A stretch of DNA of 64,000 nucleotides from Candidatus Yanofskybacteria bacterium. Lineage in GTDB: Bacteria > Patescibacteriota > Minisyncoccia > 2-02-FULL-40-12 > IGHO2-01-FULL-4-A. The stretch spans positions 271,717 to 335,716 of the forward strand of contig JACPNJ010000005.1 of assembly GCA_016185545.1 (NCBI GenBank). The letters run 5' to 3'. Numbering within the stretch: the first letter of the stretch is position 1; each line of letters starts with the position of its first letter. The position numbers and the translations under genes were made by a program. The notes under the pieces are model-generated. The model did no database searches. It was not told where the DNA came from and saw only the letters and a program-made list of their open reading frames with translations. Below are positions 39,767 through 49,031 of this stretch, in pieces.

Positions 39767-39883
39767 CTTATTTAATTATACAATGAATCTCACTTTGCTA
39801 GCTGTGGATTGCCGCTCCACCGTTTCAAAAATAAAAGCCCCGATTGGGGCTCTGAAAAAAAGGGCGGTTTCGGTTTCAACGCG

Positions 39884-40414
39884 CTACTGATTCCTGTATG
39901 AGCCAACGAACATAGCTGCGCCCGCTCCAACCTTGTTTCCTCTCAAATCAATGTCGAAACGATTTGCCGCCATTTGTACGGCCATATAGGTACGGCCTAA
40001 TTCAATTGCAAGTTCGTGGATGCTCATGGATTTGCCATGTTGCTCTAGAAATTCAATTTCCTTTATTGTCCATCGCTGCCAGTGGTTTTTGGCTAAAGGC
40101 CGGGTTATATTCTGATGAAAATCTAAAATCTTTTTTCTTTCTTTGCTCTTTATTTCCGGATTCTTTTTGAGCCATTCTCGGCGTCTTTCGGGATATTTTT
40201 GGCGGAATTTAGAAATAGAAGCGCTTAAACAGCTCGGATGTCTTAAATCCATAGCAATATTGGCGACATACTGGTAAGAAGACCGGATTCGCTCTGCTAT
40301 TTCTTTATAGTTAAGTCCTTCTTTTAAAAGAGCCGCGATTTGCTGCCTTTTTGTCACAATTTCACCTCCGAAGCTCAATAGCCAAACACACCATACAGTA
40401 TCATTCATTAGCAA
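39884..40414 (-). CDS. Putative HTH DNA-binding protein
   Basis: Two helix-turn-helix-like segments; overlaps the GT4 start by 14 nt. Confidence 0.35.
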   Translation of the reverse strand: MLMNDTVWCVWLLSFGGEIVTKRQQIAALLKEGLNYKEIAERIRSSYQYVANIAMDLRHPSCLSASISKFRQKYPERRREWLKKNPEIKSKERKKILDFHQNITRPLAKNHWQRWTIKEIEFLEQHGKSMSIHELAIELGRTYMAVQMAANRFDIDLRGNKVGAGAAMFVGSYRNQ

Positions 40415-41480
40415 TCATGTCAACTATCTTGGTTTTGAAAATCGTTTTATCAAACTCAAGGGCGTGGGTGCGGATGGCGGCAGAATCCCATTGGGTCTGA
40501 TAGTATTGGCCTACTGCTTGGGCAAGAGCAATCTCGGTTTGTTCGTCAAAGAATATACCGGTTTTATTTTCTAAAATAGTTTCCAATGCTCCGCCGCCGT
40601 GATAGGCAATTACTGGCCGTCCGGAAGCCATTGATTCAAGCGGGACAATGCCGAAATCCTCTTCTTGCGGAAAAATCACTGCCTGCGCATGGGCATAAAG
40701 TTCCGGCATTTTGTAATCCGAAACCAAACCAAGGAAACTTATATTCGGCTTAGCCATTTTCTCCAACCGCTTGCGTTCCGGGCCATCACCGACAATTTTA
40801 AGGGGTTTCCCTATGGCATTGAATACCTTGACTGCCAAGTCAAAACGTTTATATGGCACTAGCCGACCAACCATTAAAAAATAATCTCCGGCTTCGTTAC
40901 TTATATAATATTTATGAGCATCAACCGGCGGATAGATGACTTCGGCATCGCGATTATAATATTTTTTGACTCTGGATTTCACAAAATTTGATATCGCCAT
41001 GAACTTGTCAACCCGCAATGCCGCCTCTTGGTCCCAAATACGAAGATAGGTTATGAAAAACGGCACAAGTTTTCTAATCGGCCAGGGATGGTTGAATTCT
41101 TCAATATAACGATGGCTATCATCCCAAAGAAATCTTGTCGGGGTCAGACAATAATTAATGTGTTTGGCATACGGTTTGGTTATGATGCCCTTGGCAAAAG
41201 ATGCCGATACCGACAAAACGATGTCATAATACGACAAATCAAACTGTTCAACCGCAAACGGCATAAGAAGTGAAAAAACACGGTGGTATTTGCGCGCGAA
41301 AGGAAGTTTTTGCAAAAAAGAGGTGTGTATCTCGCGGTTACAAAAAACACCGCCGGTCATACGCTCATCATAAAGCAAGGTATAAATCGGGGCATCTGGA
41401 AAAATCTCGCACAAAACCTCCAGCACTCTTTCTGCTCCCCCATACTGATTAAGATAATCATGAACCAAAGCAATTTTCAT
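40401..41480 (-). CDS. Glycosyltransferase family 4 (GT-B fold)
   Basis: N-terminal MKIALVHDYL...GGAERV and C-terminal E-x7-E type motif. Confidence 0.8.
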   Translation of the reverse strand: MKIALVHDYLNQYGGAERVLEVLCEIFPDAPIYTLLYDERMTGGVFCNREIHTSFLQKLPFARKYHRVFSLLMPFAVEQFDLSYYDIVLSVSASFAKGIITKPYAKHINYCLTPTRFLWDDSHRYIEEFNHPWPIRKLVPFFITYLRIWDQEAALRVDKFMAISNFVKSRVKKYYNRDAEVIYPPVDAHKYYISNEAGDYFLMVGRLVPYKRFDLAVKVFNAIGKPLKIVGDGPERKRLEKMAKPNISFLGLVSDYKMPELYAHAQAVIFPQEEDFGIVPLESMASGRPVIAYHGGGALETILENKTGIFFDEQTEIALAQAVGQYYQTQWDSAAIRTHALEFDKTIFKTKIVDMIANE

Positions 41481-41586
41481 CCCGTTAGAAGTGGCAATAG
41501 CGACATATAAACTAAACTTACAATCGCTGTTTTAACTTTTATTAAATAAAATTTGATTCGCGAACCCGTTAGGGCTACTTCTAACG
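41481..41586 (-). promoter_or_regulatory. CCCGTTAG leader element abutting the GT4 start codon
   Basis: cccgttagaagtggc at the ATG; distal aacccgttagggctacttctaacg. Confidence 0.6.
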
Positions 41587-41664
41587 AAATTCGTTGCTCA
41601 AAGCGTACCAAATTTATAAGCAAAAACAAAACCGGTTTACTGACTGACGAAATATTAATATTTA

Positions 41665-43086
41665 TCAGGCTGCGGATTTATCACGGAAAATTTTAAGAGC
41701 GGTTAGGATAATGATTTTGATGTCGTGCCAAAAAGACCAGTTTTCAATGTAAAACGTATCCAAGGCAACTTCTTCTTCAAAGGGCAAATCCGAACTGCCG
41801 GAAATTTGAGCTATTCCGGTTACGCCGGCTTTAATTGCTAATACGCGGCGGTGACGTTTTTGGTAACGCTCGATCTCGTCCGGCTGATGGGGACGCGGAC
41901 CAACGAGTGAAATTTCACCTTTTAACACATTCCATAATTGCGGAAATTCATCCAGACGGTAACAACGCAGAAAACGTCCGACACCGGTTATGCGCGGATC
42001 ATTTTTAATTTTGAACAACGGACTGTCGGCGCGCTCGTTAAATAAAATCAACTGTGCTTTATATTTTTCGGCGTCTTTCATCATTGAACGAAATTTGTGC
42101 AATTTAAAAAGTCTGCTTCCGCTTAGTCGGTCCAGATGGACAAAAACCGAACCTTCTGTTTCCCATTTAATCGCAAACGCGACGATCCCAAAAAAAGGCG
42201 CCAATATTACCAACCCGATCAGTGAACCGATAACATCAATTATCCTTTTGGTAATTCTCCCCCATCCGTCCAACGCCGTTCTTTTAAGTTCCACCAGCGG
42301 CACACCGGCCAGCGCGTCAAAAGCAAAATTTGCCGTCAAGGTCTGATAAATATTAGGTACGAATCTGAAGGTCAAATGGTTTTCGTGGCAAAATTCCACA
42401 ATTTCTATAACTTTATCGGCGGGATAATTGGGATTTGCCAATAAAACCTCATCAATCCCCGGGTTACCGATAGCAGATTTAACTTCAGCCACTTCGGGAT
42501 TGCTCAAATGCTTGACTATGCGATAACCGAAAGCCGGATTATCCCTGATATGCCGGACAACTTTTTGGGTAGTCTGGTCCTCGCCGATTATCATAACTTT
42601 GTGTATGCCAAAGTCACGCTGAGAAACAAGATATTTCTGGATATAGCGCATAATCAATCGCCCCAGCGAAACGAAAATAATTGTAAAAAACCACGCACCT
42701 AAAACCAAAAATCTGGAATCAAATAATTCCTGCCTTAAGAAAATAAAGATGATGATCGCCATTATACCGGCTGATGACGCAATCACAACTTTGGAAAATT
42801 CTTCAAGGGTTTTGCGCGTACTGGTAAGTTGGTAAAGCCCGGAAACGGCATAAGTAACAATGAACACGGCCGACATAACAATTATTAAAATCAAATATCT
42901 CTCAAACGGTAAGTTGAATTCAAAAAGCACTGGCCTGAATGATGACAATATCCGGGTACGCAAAAAGTAGGTGGTAATACCCGCCGCCATCAGCATCACA
43001 AAATCCACCGGCAAGAGCAACGTGCTGAATATGAGTTCACTGCGTTTCATTGGAATAAAACTACAACATAAAGAAACAGGATTCAA
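41665..43086 (-). CDS. Polyprenyl-phosphate glycosylphosphotransferase (WbaP/CpsE-like sugar transferase)
   Basis: Five TM plus a C-terminal bacterial sugar transferase domain (KRIIDVIGSL...GPRP). Confidence 0.85.
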   Translation of the reverse strand: MNPVSLCCSFIPMKRSELIFSTLLLPVDFVMLMAAGITTYFLRTRILSSFRPVLFEFNLPFERYLILIIVMSAVFIVTYAVSGLYQLTSTRKTLEEFSKVVIASSAGIMAIIIFIFLRQELFDSRFLVLGAWFFTIIFVSLGRLIMRYIQKYLVSQRDFGIHKVMIIGEDQTTQKVVRHIRDNPAFGYRIVKHLSNPEVAEVKSAIGNPGIDEVLLANPNYPADKVIEIVEFCHENHLTFRFVPNIYQTLTANFAFDALAGVPLVELKRTALDGWGRITKRIIDVIGSLIGLVILAPFFGIVAFAIKWETEGSVFVHLDRLSGSRLFKLHKFRSMMKDAEKYKAQLILFNERADSPLFKIKNDPRITGVGRFLRCYRLDEFPQLWNVLKGEISLVGPRPHQPDEIERYQKRHRRVLAIKAGVTGIAQISGSSDLPFEEEVALDTFYIENWSFWHDIKIIILTALKIFRDKSAA

Positions 43087-43121
43087 GCCACTAAAAATCG
43101 CGTGTTGCGCGATTTTTAGTG

Positions 43122-43670
43122 GCTTGGTAAATCTATAAGCCGAATTCTGTCACCCTTCGCTCGGCTATGCCGAGCTTCGGACGGACAAGTATTTGTGCTT
43201 GTCCTCCGTAGCTTTAGCGTAGGATGGATGATTATTTATCTGGGCCAATTATCGCTAATTAGCTCTAGCGTACGAACTTTTCGGGGTATCGCATTGCTGT
43301 GATACGACGCTGTACTTGCACTAGGCAGGGTTTAGCGCGACACCCATGTTGCCATGGGGCGTTCCCGTTCGGGAACTTTTCACCCGCAGTCCTCGGACTT
43401 GCGCCAAAGGAGCTCGGAATAGTTTCTGTGCCACTTTCCCTAAGCTTCGATTAGTAGCTCTTCTCTTAAGAGGAAGAAGTACCAACCTTATACTCGGTGG
43501 CCGTTAGCCACTGCCTTGCTGACGCAATCACTAATCACTAACCTCCAATCACCAATTTTGTTAGTAATTGACGACTAGCAGTTGGTGATTGCGTCAGCGG
43601 TGTTCGGACTTTCCTCTACCTTGCTCTTTCCAAAGAAAGGGCTGGGCAGAAATCACCCGATTTACCAAGC
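43122..43670 (-). ncRNA. rnpB: RNase P RNA (bacterial), unusually long (~550 nt)
   Basis: P1 pairing GCUUGGUAAAUC / GAUUUACCAAGC. P4 strands GAGGAAAGUCCGAACACC and ACAGAAUUCGGCUUA. GGGUGAAAAG J11/12-like segment. Long extra helix at 43500-43605. Confidence 0.7.
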
Positions 43671-43678
43671 TAATTTAA

Positions 43679-44119
43679 TTATAGCAATTTATTCAGCTCT
43701 TTGTCCAGTGCTGCATTCACCAGCTTGTCGGCACCGCGATTGTCTTCGCGGGGTATATGCTTGAAAATCACATCAGCAAAATCCACCTTTAGATTCCAGA
43801 GTTCAATAAAATGCTTCTGGATATTTTTATCCATAATTTTGTAATAGCCATTTAGCTGACGCTCAAGAAGTTCGCTGTCAACATGCGCTTCTACCGTAAC
43901 TTCGCCGACGGCCTTCTTGCCGATTAAAAGTTTCAATTTTTTCAAAGCAAAAATTACCGCACGATATTCGGCATCGTTATTGGTGGTTTCACCGATATAT
44001 TCGCCGTATTCCTTCTTGAACGATCCGCCACCGGCCTCAATCACCACACCAATTGCCGCCGGCCCCGGATTGCCACGCGAACCGCCATCGGTATGAATTA
44101 TATATTTTAATTCAGCCAT
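43679..44119 (-). CDS. rnhA: Ribonuclease HI
   Basis: HTDGGSRGNPG, NNDAEYRAV, HIPREDNRGADKLVN catalytic DEDD residues. Confidence 0.8.
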   Translation of the reverse strand: MAELKYIIHTDGGSRGNPGPAAIGVVIEAGGGSFKKEYGEYIGETTNNDAEYRAVIFALKKLKLLIGKKAVGEVTVEAHVDSELLERQLNGYYKIMDKNIQKHFIELWNLKVDFADVIFKHIPREDNRGADKLVNAALDKELNKLL

Positions 44120-45062
44120 TTTTATTCAAATATTCTATAATTTCTCCGGTAATTTTCATAATTTCTTTTTTTGAATTACTTTGGGTAGCGCCCACGTTTT
44201 TGTGACCGCCGCCTTTGTATTTTGACATCAACTCTCCAATATTCGTTTTTTCAGATTGACCAATCCAAGGATTTTTGCCTACACCAAGATGGTAATAATC
44301 ATTTCCCTTGCCCCTTTTGAGAATAACAGAATACTTAACACTGGGGTATAAGAAGTAGCTCATATAATGGGAAACATCAGGGCTAATATCAGAAACATCA
44401 AAAAAAATCGTAGAACCATAAGGCTTGGAAATAGTTTTCAAATCTTTAATCAACTTTTTTAATTTTAATATAAAATCAGAAACTCTTGTTTTGATTCGCG
44501 GCTCTTTAACTATTTTAGCCATAGATTTTTCCGCAAGTTTTTTTATTAAATCATGCGTGTTTTTAGAATTATTCTCGTCGGTGACAATAGCCATAAGTTG
44601 AAAAGCTGGTTTGCTATAACTAATGGCTTCTCGGGCGGATTTATAGCCAGCGGCATCAATAATGTCAGCCCATTTGGCCAATTCTGCAATATGTTTAGGC
44701 AGTTTAAAACCAAAATGTTTTTTAAGGTGGGCCAAAATAAGACCGCAACAAGATTTACGCTTCCGGTCCCAGCAATGTGTTTGATCATTTCTGAAATGTT
44801 TTTTCCATTCCGTTTTAACAAGCCGCGGAAATGACACTTCGTGATGATCAAACCACCAATCGGCTTTGGGATGATAACGAAAATCAACCAGAATAAATGG
44901 CTTTTTGAATTTGTAACCAACCCAGCTTGCTATTAATTTGGGGGTATAATCAATGGGGTTGAAGGACGCGATACTATCGCCGCGAGAATACAAAAAATTA
45001 AGTATTATTGCTCCCGATGCCGTACCGTCAAAATCGTTGTGATAGTAAAGATGATAATTCAT
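44112..45062 (-). CDS. DHH-family phosphoesterase (NrnA-like, DHH + DHHA1)
   Basis: HNDFDGTASG motif I, WWFDHHE motif III, GGGH DHHA1 motif. Confidence 0.75.
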   Translation of the reverse strand: MNYHLYYHNDFDGTASGAIILNFLYSRGDSIASFNPIDYTPKLIASWVGYKFKKPFILVDFRYHPKADWWFDHHEVSFPRLVKTEWKKHFRNDQTHCWDRKRKSCCGLILAHLKKHFGFKLPKHIAELAKWADIIDAAGYKSAREAISYSKPAFQLMAIVTDENNSKNTHDLIKKLAEKSMAKIVKEPRIKTRVSDFILKLKKLIKDLKTISKPYGSTIFFDVSDISPDVSHYMSYFLYPSVKYSVILKRGKGNDYYHLGVGKNPWIGQSEKTNIGELMSKYKGGGHKNVGATQSNSKKEIMKITGEIIEYLNKNG

Positions 45063-45110
45063 AAAATCCTAATTACCTTTTTAAAAGCGATCGCTTTTAA
45101 AATAACATTC

Positions 45111-46367
45111 CTAATTTTTATAATAATCAAGAACCTCTAACCCAGGCAGCCTGTTGCCGGCTAAAAATTCTAACATTGCCCCTCCGCCGGTTGAGACGAA
45201 ACTATAGCGGTCAAGTAAATCCAGCTTGTCTACTGCGGCAACAGTATCCCCGCCGCCAACAATAGATTTCGCCGCCGAAGCCACTGCTTTGGCAATGTCG
45301 CGGGTACCCTCGGCAAAAACTTCCACTTCTGATAATCCCATCGGCCCGTTCCAGATTACCATCTTGGCCGTTTTTATAATTTCGGCGTAATGTTTTGCCG
45401 TCTCCGGTCCGATATCAAGAATCAGATGACTGGAATCAATATTTTCTATCGGAGAAGTCTCTGCGCCAGAATCGCCAGTTTTATCTTCTGAAATCAAAAC
45501 ATCTTCCGGCAATATTATTTTCTCACTTTCCACGTCAAGCAAAAATTCATTATCAACCATTGACGCACCAACATTTATTCCCCGAGCCTTAAAAAAATTA
45601 TTGGCAACCGCACCGCCAATCAGGATTTTTTCCGCTTTATCCAAGAAATTTTTGATTACCGGCAATTTGGTTGAGATTTTAGCGCCACCGAGAACTAAAA
45701 CCTTACCGTCAACCGGCGCCTCCAGCGCCCGTCTAAGACTTTCGGTTTCTTTTTTTATTAAAAATCCGGCAAAAGAGGGTAGGTGTCTGGTTATTGCCAC
45801 AACGGATGCATGATTGCGATGCATTACCGCAAAAGCGTCATTTACATAATAGTCAAAACCGTTCGACAAGCTCACGGCGAGTTCCTCATTATTTTGAATC
45901 TCGCGCGAATTTTGGCGAATATTATCCAGAAGTAAAAGTGGGCCAACTCCAAAAAGTTTATCAACCCCGTACAAGGCAGAGGCACGCTGCGTGCCCTCGC
46001 GGCCTCGTTCGGGGTTAATTCCGTCCAATTCAGAATGCGGCACCAATGTAAGTGTTTGCCCCAAAATTTCACCCAACTCTTCAACAATCGGGCCAAAACT
46101 TGCCCCCGAAACATCATGCCCCAAGTGGCCCACCAATAAAACTTTAGCACCGAAGCTAATCAAATAATCAATCGTCTCCTTTTGCGCTTTGATTCTGAAA
46201 TTATCACCGATCTTGGTTAGCGATTGGCGACCTGCCCCGTAGGGAGACAAAGTCTCTCCTTCAGGGTTGGTAGTTGGTGATTGCGTCAGCGGCACGTCAA
46301 AATCAACCCGCAACAGGATTTTTTTGTTATTAAGCTCTTCTTTTTTTAATTCGTTAATATATTTCAT
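45111..46367 (-). CDS. pgk: Phosphoglycerate kinase
   Basis: RVDFDVPL, GHLG, GGGD and hinge motifs. Carries an in-frame ~20-aa insertion near the N-terminus. Confidence 0.9.
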   Translation of the reverse strand: MKYINELKKEELNNKKILLRVDFDVPLTQSPTTNPEGETLSPYGAGRQSLTKIGDNFRIKAQKETIDYLISFGAKVLLVGHLGHDVSGASFGPIVEELGEILGQTLTLVPHSELDGINPERGREGTQRASALYGVDKLFGVGPLLLLDNIRQNSREIQNNEELAVSLSNGFDYYVNDAFAVMHRNHASVVAITRHLPSFAGFLIKKETESLRRALEAPVDGKVLVLGGAKISTKLPVIKNFLDKAEKILIGGAVANNFFKARGINVGASMVDNEFLLDVESEKIILPEDVLISEDKTGDSGAETSPIENIDSSHLILDIGPETAKHYAEIIKTAKMVIWNGPMGLSEVEVFAEGTRDIAKAVASAAKSIVGGGDTVAAVDKLDLLDRYSFVSTGGGAMLEFLAGNRLPGLEVLDYYKN

Positions 46368-46515
46368 CCCGTTAGAAGTAGCTGCTTGCCCCGCAATTCG
46401 CCAGAGGCGATGGTTCGGGGCTGCGCAGTTTTACACACAAGTTGCGGCCGCACAACAAGCTTAAGATTATTTACAAATTATATTTGCAAACCCGTTAGGG
46501 CTACTTCTAACGGGA
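46368..46515 (-). promoter_or_regulatory. CCCGTTAG leader element filling the tpiA-pgk spacer, abutting the pgk start codon
   Basis: cccgttagaagtagc at the ATG. Distal cccgttagggctacttctaacggga can pair either locally or with the ATG-proximal copy (15-bp perfect). Inner hairpin gccccg...cggggc. Confidence 0.6.
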
Positions 46516-46519
46516 TTAA

Positions 46520-47326
46520 TCACAAACTAGAAACAATTTTTAAAACATCTCCAAATTCTTTTTTTCTCAAACTGGCGCCACCGATAACTGCGCCGAAGAT
46601 TTCCGGATATTTGAGGAAATCAGCAACATTTTTTTTGTTAATTGACCCTCCGTATAAAAACCTGAAACCTGAAACCTGCCCGGCCTTCGCAGCCGAAGCT
46701 ACTTCGGCGGAGTAGGCAAGCCCGAAACCTAATAACTCTTGAATAATTTTTATCGCTTCAAGCGTATTTTCGGGAGTATCTGGCTCCGCACCAGGTGTTG
46801 TGCTTATCGCCCAAACCGGTTCATAAGTAATCAAAACTTTGCCAACTTGATCGGCGGTTAAACCGGCTAAATCGGCGGTGAGTTGGGTTTCAAGGACTTG
46901 CTTGCGATCATCGCCACGGTTACGTTCACCCACCAAAAGCACCGGCGTAACTCCGGCTCCAAGCGCTGCCCCAATTTTCTTGTTTATTACCTCATCCGTT
47001 TCGCCAATTTTGTATCGCCTATCCGAGTGGCCGACAAGCACATGGGTTACACCAAAGTTCTTGAGCATATCAATCGATACTTCTCCCGTGTACGGCCCTG
47101 ATTTTTCCCAAAATAAGTCCTGACCACCCAAACTGATAGATGATGACTGACGGTTGACGGCTGGAACTTGCCTTGCGAGTTCTTCAAGGTAAACAAATGG
47201 CGGACAAATCACTACTTTCAGATTCTGATGCTTTGACGCTTCAGCAACCGAAAATTTAAAAAGTTCCAGGGCTTCCTCAAGATTAACGGGATTCATTTTC
47301 CAATTGGCAATAATAATCTTATTCAT
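46520..47326 (-). CDS. tpiA: Triosephosphate isomerase
   Basis: ANWKMN, GHSDRR, EPVWAI, YGGS motifs. In-frame palindromic insertion before YGGS. Confidence 0.9.
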   Translation of the reverse strand: MNKIIIANWKMNPVNLEEALELFKFSVAEASKHQNLKVVICPPFVYLEELARQVPAVNRQSSSISLGGQDLFWEKSGPYTGEVSIDMLKNFGVTHVLVGHSDRRYKIGETDEVINKKIGAALGAGVTPVLLVGERNRGDDRKQVLETQLTADLAGLTADQVGKVLITYEPVWAISTTPGAEPDTPENTLEAIKIIQELLGFGLAYSAEVASAAKAGQVSGFRFLYGGSINKKNVADFLKYPEIFGAVIGGASLRKKEFGDVLKIVSSL

Positions 47327-47945
47327 GAGTAAGGTGGCGTTTCTTGAGGTGGCGATAAATATACCAAATTACAAGTGCCGCTAAAATTAACATGGCAGCT
47401 TTCTCAGCAATATCAAGGTAAGGTTTAATTACGGCAAAGTTTTCCCCGGTTTTTTCGCCTAGTAACAACAAAAAAAAATTATAAGGCAACATCCCCAAAA
47501 AACTATAGACAGCAAAATTTTTAAAATTTAATCTTGATATGCCGGCCGGAATGGCAATTATTGACCTGGCAAACGGCAGGAAACGCCCCCAAAAAACCAA
47601 TTTTGTACCATACTTGACGAACAATCTGTCCAAATGATCTAAATCGTGTTTATAAACTAAAAAATATCTGCCGTATTTTTCTAAAAATGGCCGGCCGCCT
47701 TTGGCAAAAATTAAATAAAGAATTGATTCGCCAATCAGGGAGCCGATATTTATAACTATATAAATGAGCCAGATAGGGAAAACACCGCGTCCGCTTAGGA
47801 AACCGTAAAGAGGCAATAACACCTCGGATGGAATTAAAGAAATACTGACCCTATCTAGAATGGATAATAAAAAAGCTCCACCATAACCCCATCGCTCTAA
47901 AAGTTCCAATGACTTGGCGCCGATTGTACCTATTAAAAAATTCAT
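47319..47945 (-). CDS. DedA/SNARE-associated family membrane protein
   Basis: Typical DedA G-x3-RF...P loop. Confidence 0.7.
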   Translation of the reverse strand: MNFLIGTIGAKSLELLERWGYGGAFLLSILDRVSISLIPSEVLLPLYGFLSGRGVFPIWLIYIVINIGSLIGESILYLIFAKGGRPFLEKYGRYFLVYKHDLDHLDRLFVKYGTKLVFWGRFLPFARSIIAIPAGISRLNFKNFAVYSFLGMLPYNFFLLLLGEKTGENFAVIKPYLDIAEKAAMLILAALVIWYIYRHLKKRHLTHE

Positions 47946-48970
47946 TCCGTAGGATTAACTTCAATTGGATCTGTTTCACGCAATAATTTAGCCGCTTCAT
48001 CCGGATCAATAATATTCACGTCAATCCCGCTGCCCAACTCAAAAGCCCCGAATGTGGAAATCTTGGGTAAAACTTCGACGTGCCAAGTATAAAAATCGTG
48101 TACGTCTATCACTGTGTCTTCAAGCGGAGCAGTATGTACGAAAAAATTATAATCAGGATTTTTGAGAGCTAGCTGTATTTTTTTAAGAATCAACAGTAAA
48201 ATTTCGCCAAGATACACAAGCTGCTCCTCTGGCATTTTCTCAAAATGGGCATGACTTTCCTGCGGAAAAATTCTCACTTCGTAAGACGTCTTGGAAACGA
48301 AAGGACAAAAAGCGATAAAATACTTGTTTTCATAGACAATCCTTTTTCTCTCTTTCCTTTCCCAGTCAATCATCACATTATATATTCTTTTTTTATATTC
48401 ACGATAAAATTTTTCAGAACCGTTAATACTTCTTTTAACATCGGGAGGCAAGACTGGAATTGATATAATCTGCGAATGGGGATGCGACATGCTGGCTCCG
48501 GCGCGAGAACCATGATTATGGAAAATTAAAGCGTATTTACCATATGCGCCGCCGTCAGTCATAGTTCGGTATCTTTCCTGATAAACCTTTAATGCTTCAG
48601 CCAACTCTTCTTTGGAAAACTCGTGCAAAAATCTGTCATGATTCCTGAATATGACAACTTCATGCCTGCCCTTGGCTTCTTGAACATTAAAGGGGCCGAT
48701 AGACTCCGGCAGACTGGCTTTGCCTTCCAAAACTGCCGGGTATTTATTCTTTACCACCTTTATTGCCCAATCATTACGTTCTTTATTTAAGTATTCAGCC
48801 ACCACAATATTGCCGTATTTTTCCGGGTTCTCAAAGGGGCACTTGCTCTTAGGCAATGTTTTAGTTTTCGGTTTTTCTTGTTTAACCTGTTCCGGCCTTT
48901 GGGCTCGGCCCGTAGCAAAAAGCACCCATTCGCCGGAAACCAGGTCTTCTCTAAACTCGTTAACCACCAC
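47942..48970 (-). CDS. Galactose-1-phosphate uridylyltransferase-like (GalT/HIT superfamily)
   Basis: HNHGSRAGASMSHPHSQI HxHxQ-type active site, two half-barrel halves. Confidence 0.6.
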   Translation of the reverse strand: MVVNEFREDLVSGEWVLFATGRAQRPEQVKQEKPKTKTLPKSKCPFENPEKYGNIVVAEYLNKERNDWAIKVVKNKYPAVLEGKASLPESIGPFNVQEAKGRHEVVIFRNHDRFLHEFSKEELAEALKVYQERYRTMTDGGAYGKYALIFHNHGSRAGASMSHPHSQIISIPVLPPDVKRSINGSEKFYREYKKRIYNVMIDWERKERKRIVYENKYFIAFCPFVSKTSYEVRIFPQESHAHFEKMPEEQLVYLGEILLLILKKIQLALKNPDYNFFVHTAPLEDTVIDVHDFYTWHVEVLPKISTFGAFELGSGIDVNIIDPDEAAKLLRETDPIEVNPTE

Positions 48971-49031
48971 TAGTCACTAGCCACTAGCCACTAGCCACTA
49001 GTAATTTAACTAGTCGCTAGGCACTAGTCCG
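48971..49031. repeat. Heptamer-arm spacer element (cactagc)n
   Basis: cactagtcactagccactagccactagccactag + taatttaa + ctagtcgctaggcactagtccgctaggcac. Confidence 0.85.

Noticed and set aside
43087-43680. 600-bp apparently non-coding GC-rich gap, considered as possible degraded gene or mobile element
   Set aside because: It is explained by RNase P RNA on the minus strand (conserved P1/P4 strands).
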